Origin: an uncultured Gammaproteobacteria bacterium
GTDB taxonomy: Bacteria > Pseudomonadota > Gammaproteobacteria > UBA9214
Assembly: GCA_905480065.1 (NCBI GenBank)
Contig: CAJQOV010000087.1
Coordinates: 1-37,343, forward strand
DNA length: 37,343 bases
Direction of reading: 5' to 3'
Shown: positions 34,354-37,343 of the stretch, piece after piece
How positions within the stretch are numbered: position 1 is the stretch's first letter
Layout of the letters: each line of letters begins with the position of its first letter
The notes under the pieces: model-generated
Databases searched by the model: none
Seen by the model: the letters and a program-made list of their open reading frames with translations, nothing else
Told to the model about the DNA's origin: nothing
Translations under genes and position numbers: made by a program

Positions 34354-35136
34354 TTGAGTCACCAGCCACGGAAAAGGTTCGGCCAGCACTTCCTGCATGA
34401 CCCCGGCGTCATTGGCCGGATCGTAGCGGCCATTCACCCGCTGCCGGACGAAACGCTGGTCGAGATCGGCCCCGGTCAGGGCGCCATCACGTTGCCGCTG
34501 CTGGAGGCGGCCGGCAAGCTGACCGTGGTGGAACTGGATCGCGACCTGATCCAGCCGCTGCAAAACCGCTGCCGCAGCGCGGGTGAGCTGACCGTCTATA
34601 ACCGGGATGCCTTGCGCTTTGATTTTTGCGAACTGGCGGCTGCCGGTCCACTGCGCGTGCTCGGCAACCTGCCCTACAACATCTCCACGCCGCTGCTGTT
34701 TCACCTGCTCGACCAGCAGCGCTGCATTGCAGACATGCATTTCATGTTGCAGAAGGAAGTGGTCGAACGGATGGCGGCCGGACCGGGCTCCGGCCAGTAC
34801 GGCCGCCTGAGTGTCATGCTGCAGTACCGCTGCCAGGTCGACATGCTGTTCAGCATCGGCCCCGGCGCATTCAGCCCGCCACCGAAGGTCGACTCGGCAT
34901 TCGTGCGACTGCAACCCTATCCCGCACCACCGGTAACGGTGGAGGATGAGCAGGTTTTCGCGACGCTGGTACGGCAGGCCTTCGCGCAGCGCCGCAAGAC
35001 CTTGCGCAACACGCTGCGGGAACTGCTGGATGCCGGCGAGATCAGTGCCGCGGGTGTTGATCCGTCGGCGCGCGCAGAAACGCTGACGCTAAACGAATTC
35101 GCCGCGCTGGCCAACCGGGCAGCGCGGCGAACGTAA
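34354..35136 (+). CDS. rsmA: 16S rRNA (adenine1518/1519-N6)-dimethyltransferase RsmA/KsgA
   Basis: PRKRFGQHFLHD, VEIGPGQGAIT (SAM motif), GNLPYNISTP and FSPPPKVDSA are present. The start appears to be TTG at 34354, as there is no in-frame ATG upstream. Confidence 0.9.
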   Translation: MSHQPRKRFGQHFLHDPGVIGRIVAAIHPLPDETLVEIGPGQGAITLPLLEAAGKLTVVELDRDLIQPLQNRCRSAGELTVYNRDALRFDFCELAAAGPLRVLGNLPYNISTPLLFHLLDQQRCIADMHFMLQKEVVERMAAGPGSGQYGRLSVMLQYRCQVDMLFSIGPGAFSPPPKVDSAFVRLQPYPAPPVTVEDEQVFATLVRQAFAQRRKTLRNTLRELLDAGEISAAGVDPSARAETLTLNEFAALANRAARRT

Positions 35137-35157
35137 CACGACTGGGCGAGTGTCAGC

Positions 35158-35460
35158 CTACCAGGGCATCTGCACGGACAGGTAGACACCCTGCTCGGTA
35201 CCACCCGAGTTGTTGTCCAGCACGCTGACATACATGGCGTTCGTTTCCTCCGAAGGGGAATCGAAGGTCATGTGCACCGCTCCCCCGCTGTGGCCAACCG
35301 GCGCCAGTTGCAGATCTCCATCTATGAGTTGCGAGAGGCCCTGCATGCTGAACAGGCTTTCCGCTGCGCTCGCACTGGTTGACAGGAACATGCCCAGACT
35401 CACAAACAACGCCAGCAGAAACAGGTTGTCGGGCTTGTGGAAAGAAAATCCGGTTTTCAT
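35158..35460 (-). CDS. Small hypothetical secreted protein
   Basis: 100-aa ORF with a GAGAGG SD and a signal peptide (LFLLALFVSLGMFLSTSASA-AE). I recognise no family. It lies antisense between rsmA and apaG. Confidence 0.45.
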   Translation of the reverse strand: MKTGFSFHKPDNLFLLALFVSLGMFLSTSASAAESLFSMQGLSQLIDGDLQLAPVGHSGGAVHMTFDSPSEETNAMYVSVLDNNSGGTEQGVYLSVQMPW

Positions 35461-35875
35461 GGTCGCTGCCTCTCTACTGCCTATCAGGTGACCCTATGAT
35501 GATTCCCGCGCCGCCCCGCTGCCGCGATGCAGTTCACATTTCTGCACACCGGCGCACCGGCGTCACGCGAACGTCCGGGTATTTTTTCATGTATAACAAC
35601 AAACTAGATTGCCCCGGCCGAAAATGGTCGCGGCGCTGGCGGCGACCCGAACAGTGAGCAGTGCCGGGAATTCAGTCTATGCATATCAGCCAGTTACTGA
35701 ATCAGCCCTGGTACCCGGCCGGTGTTGGTGCGTTCCCCGGGCAGGACTTCCGGCCTCTGCAGCCGGCCGCGCGCCACTGCAGCGCGGCAATGCCCCCGCC
35801 CAGGGACGGGCCTGGCAAGCCGCGACAGTACCGAACTGGTGCAGGCGGCGCCCCGGCAACCATACAGTCGAATTT

Positions 35876-35904
35876 TTGTCACAAATTCCATGACAGCGTA
35901 TGCT
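35876..35904 (+). promoter_or_regulatory. Candidate sigma70 promoter for apaG-apaH (TTGTCA - 17 nt - TATGCT)
   Basis: The -35 hexamer is at 35876-35881 and the -10 hexamer at 35899-35904, 26 nt upstream of the apaG ATG. This rests on the sequence pattern only. Confidence 0.35.
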
Positions 35905-35930
35905 ATTGGCAAATTTAAGGATGACATGAG

Positions 35931-36314
35931 ATGAGCAGCGAAAACCCGCACCAGATCACCATTGAAGTCGAGACCAACTACATCGAGGGCCAGTCCGAGC
36001 CGGACAACGAGCGTTACGTGTTCTCCTATACCGTCACCATCCGCAATGAAGGTGGCGTCCCGGCCCAGCTGCTCTCACGCCACTGGGTCATCACCGACGC
36101 CAACGGCCATACGCAGGAAGTGCGCGGCGAAGGTGTGGTCGGTGAACAGCCACATCTCAAGCCCGGCGAGGGCTTCCAGTACACCAGCGGGACGATGATC
36201 GCGACACCGGTCGGCAGCATGCGTGGTGAATACCAGATGGTGGCCGAGAACGGCGACCAGTTCGATGCCGTGATCCCGACCTTCACCCTGGCGATCCCGC
36301 GCACCCTGCACTAG
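35931..36314 (+). CDS. apaG: ApaG (DUF525) protein
   Basis: The 127-aa ORF is nearly collinear with E. coli ApaG: SEPDNERYVFSYTVTIRNEG, QLLSRHWVITDANG, VRGEGVVGEQP, YTSG. Confidence 0.9.
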   Translation: MSSENPHQITIEVETNYIEGQSEPDNERYVFSYTVTIRNEGGVPAQLLSRHWVITDANGHTQEVRGEGVVGEQPHLKPGEGFQYTSGTMIATPVGSMRGEYQMVAENGDQFDAVIPTFTLAIPRTLH

Positions 36315-36318
36315 CCTG

Positions 36319-37149
36319 ATGGCCGTCTACGCCATCGGCGATGTGCAGGGCTGTTTCGAAGATCTGCAGCGCCTGCTCGCGCACATCGACTTTGATCCGG
36401 CAAGCGACCGGCTGTGGTTCGTCGGCGACCTGGTCAACCGTGGCCCGCAATCCCTGGAAACGCTGCGTTTCGTGCGCGCGCTGGGCAATCGCGCAGTTAG
36501 CGTACTCGGCAACCATGACCTGCACCTGATCGCTGCCGCACATGGCCGCCCGCTGAATCATGACGACCATACGCTGGATGCCATTCTCGCCGCACCGGAC
36601 CGCACTGAACTGATTGAATGGCTGTGCCAGCGGCCGCTGCTGCACCACGACGACACGCTCGGTTTCACCATGGTCCATGCCGGCCTGCCACCGCAGTGGG
36701 ACCTTGCCCTGGCACAACAGTGCGCGCGCGAAGTGGAAGACGCACTGCGCGGTGCACAGCGCAGGGCCTTGATCCAGCACATGTACGGCAACAAGCCGGA
36801 CCAGTGGTCGGAGCAGTTACAGGGCCAGGAGCGACTGCGCTTCAGCATCAATTGTCTTACGCGCATGCGTTACTGCGATGCCAACGGTCGGCTCGACCTC
36901 AACAGCAACGGCCCTCCCGGTACCCAGCCGGCCGGACGGCTGCCCTGGTTTGCGGTACCGGGACGTGCCAGCAGCGATCTGAACATCGTATTCGGACACT
37001 GGTCTACCCTCGGTGAATGCAGCATGCCCGGTGTATTTCCGACCGATAGCGGTTGCCTGTGGGGTGGCGCACTGAGCGCGTTACGGCTGGATGGCGAACC
37101 ACGCTATTTGCACGTGCCGTGCGCCGGGCAGCGCAAGCCGGAAAAGTAA
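36319..37149 (+). CDS. apaH: Bis(5'-nucleosyl)-tetraphosphatase, symmetrical (ApaH)
   Basis: MAVYAIGDVQGC, WFVGDLVNRGP, VLGNHDLHL, MVHAGLPPQW and GHWSTLG are metallophosphatase/ApaH motifs. Confidence 0.9.
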   Translation: MAVYAIGDVQGCFEDLQRLLAHIDFDPASDRLWFVGDLVNRGPQSLETLRFVRALGNRAVSVLGNHDLHLIAAAHGRPLNHDDHTLDAILAAPDRTELIEWLCQRPLLHHDDTLGFTMVHAGLPPQWDLALAQQCAREVEDALRGAQRRALIQHMYGNKPDQWSEQLQGQERLRFSINCLTRMRYCDANGRLDLNSNGPPGTQPAGRLPWFAVPGRASSDLNIVFGHWSTLGECSMPGVFPTDSGCLWGGALSALRLDGEPRYLHVPCAGQRKPEK

Positions 37150-37176
37150 ATTGGTGCCCCGCCGGAAGCCATCGAT

Positions 37177-37307
37177 GCTTGCAGGCGCGATGATTTTTAC
37201 GACAGAGCCGATCGCGGTCGATGACCGCTCCTACAGGCGTGTGTTGTGATTGTAGGAGCGCTTATCAAGCGCGATTGGTATTGGCAGGGGCGCTTGGCAG
37301 GCGCGAA
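37177..37307. repeat. REP cluster, family 1 (partial unit, inverted 38-nt unit, full unit, degenerate unit)
   Basis: ACGACAGAGCCGATCGCGGTCGATGACCGCTCCTACA at 37199-37235 and TGTAGGAGCGCTTATCAAGCGCGAT at 37251-37275 match the units at 1437-1507, but in the opposite relative order. Degenerate copies GCTTGCAGGCGCGAT (37177) and GGCAGGGGCGCTTGGCAGGCGCGAA (37283) flank them. Confidence 0.85.
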
Positions 37308-37343
37308 TAATCACCGCACGGAGCCAGGCGCGGCTGTTCAGCG

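Noticed and set aside
35555-35585. A TTGTTATACA string (minus strand) upstream of the small secreted-protein ORF that matches one half of GntR operator site 3.
   Set aside because: Only a 10-nt half-site matches and the second half of the palindrome is absent. This is probably chance.
37307-37319. A 13-nt identity (ATAATCACCGCAC) between the window's last bases and the 5' end of the pepE-like gene (721-733). It could hint at a duplicated pepE start after the apaH REP cluster.
   Set aside because: The match is too short, and the window ends 24 nt later. Similarity does not extend on either side in the available sequence. It cannot be told apart from chance without the downstream sequence.

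Overview
This is a GC-rich, gammaproteobacterium-like chromosomal window. It starts in the 3' end of pdxA and ends with rsmA(ksgA)-apaG-apaH. Those two blocks are adjacent in E. coli and Pseudomonas, but here about 33.8 kb of mosaic DNA separates them on the same strand. I support about 33 protein-coding genes.

Main content:
- A minus-strand organic-acid and CoA gene set: formyl-CoA transferase (frc), a GntR/FCD regulator, a TctCBA tripartite tricarboxylate transporter, and a divergent SucCD/malate-thiokinase-like ligase pair. Next to it lie a class-V (serine/alanine-glyoxylate type) aminotransferase, a D-2-hydroxyacid (hydroxypyruvate/glyoxylate) reductase and a plant-type P-loop D-glycerate 3-kinase.
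- Housekeeping-type genes: hrpB, yheS (ABC-F), pbpG, qor.
- A translationally coupled pair: an HExxH metallopeptidase-like gene and a Ddl-like ATP-grasp gene.
- Several gene remnants: a hemerythrin N-terminus, a 6PGDH-like N-terminus, and an IS91-family transposase C-terminus.

The non-coding DNA holds at least four repeat families:
- a Pseudomonas-like REP (TGTAGGAGCG-N9-CGCGAT)
- GGGGTCAGA-type hairpins
- one 111-bp MITE-like element
- two ~110-bp copies of a repeat that in one locus lies just downstream of the IS91 transposase remnant

Other sequence-level observations:
- a 21-bp palindromic operator in three copies that links gntR, tctCBA and the ligase/hydrolase divergent promoter
- a 3x12-bp tandem repeat directly upstream of yheS
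- a 3+3 inverted array of 9-bp CCACGGAA units just upstream of a TTG-started rsmA

I found no rRNA, tRNA, CRISPR array or recognisable defence system. The candidates I consider most novel are the frc / SucCD-like / TTT / aminotransferase / reductase / glycerate-kinase assembly with its predicted regulon, and the uncharacterised peptidase-like / ATP-grasp pair. All functional calls rest on motif recognition by eye and need a homology search to confirm.
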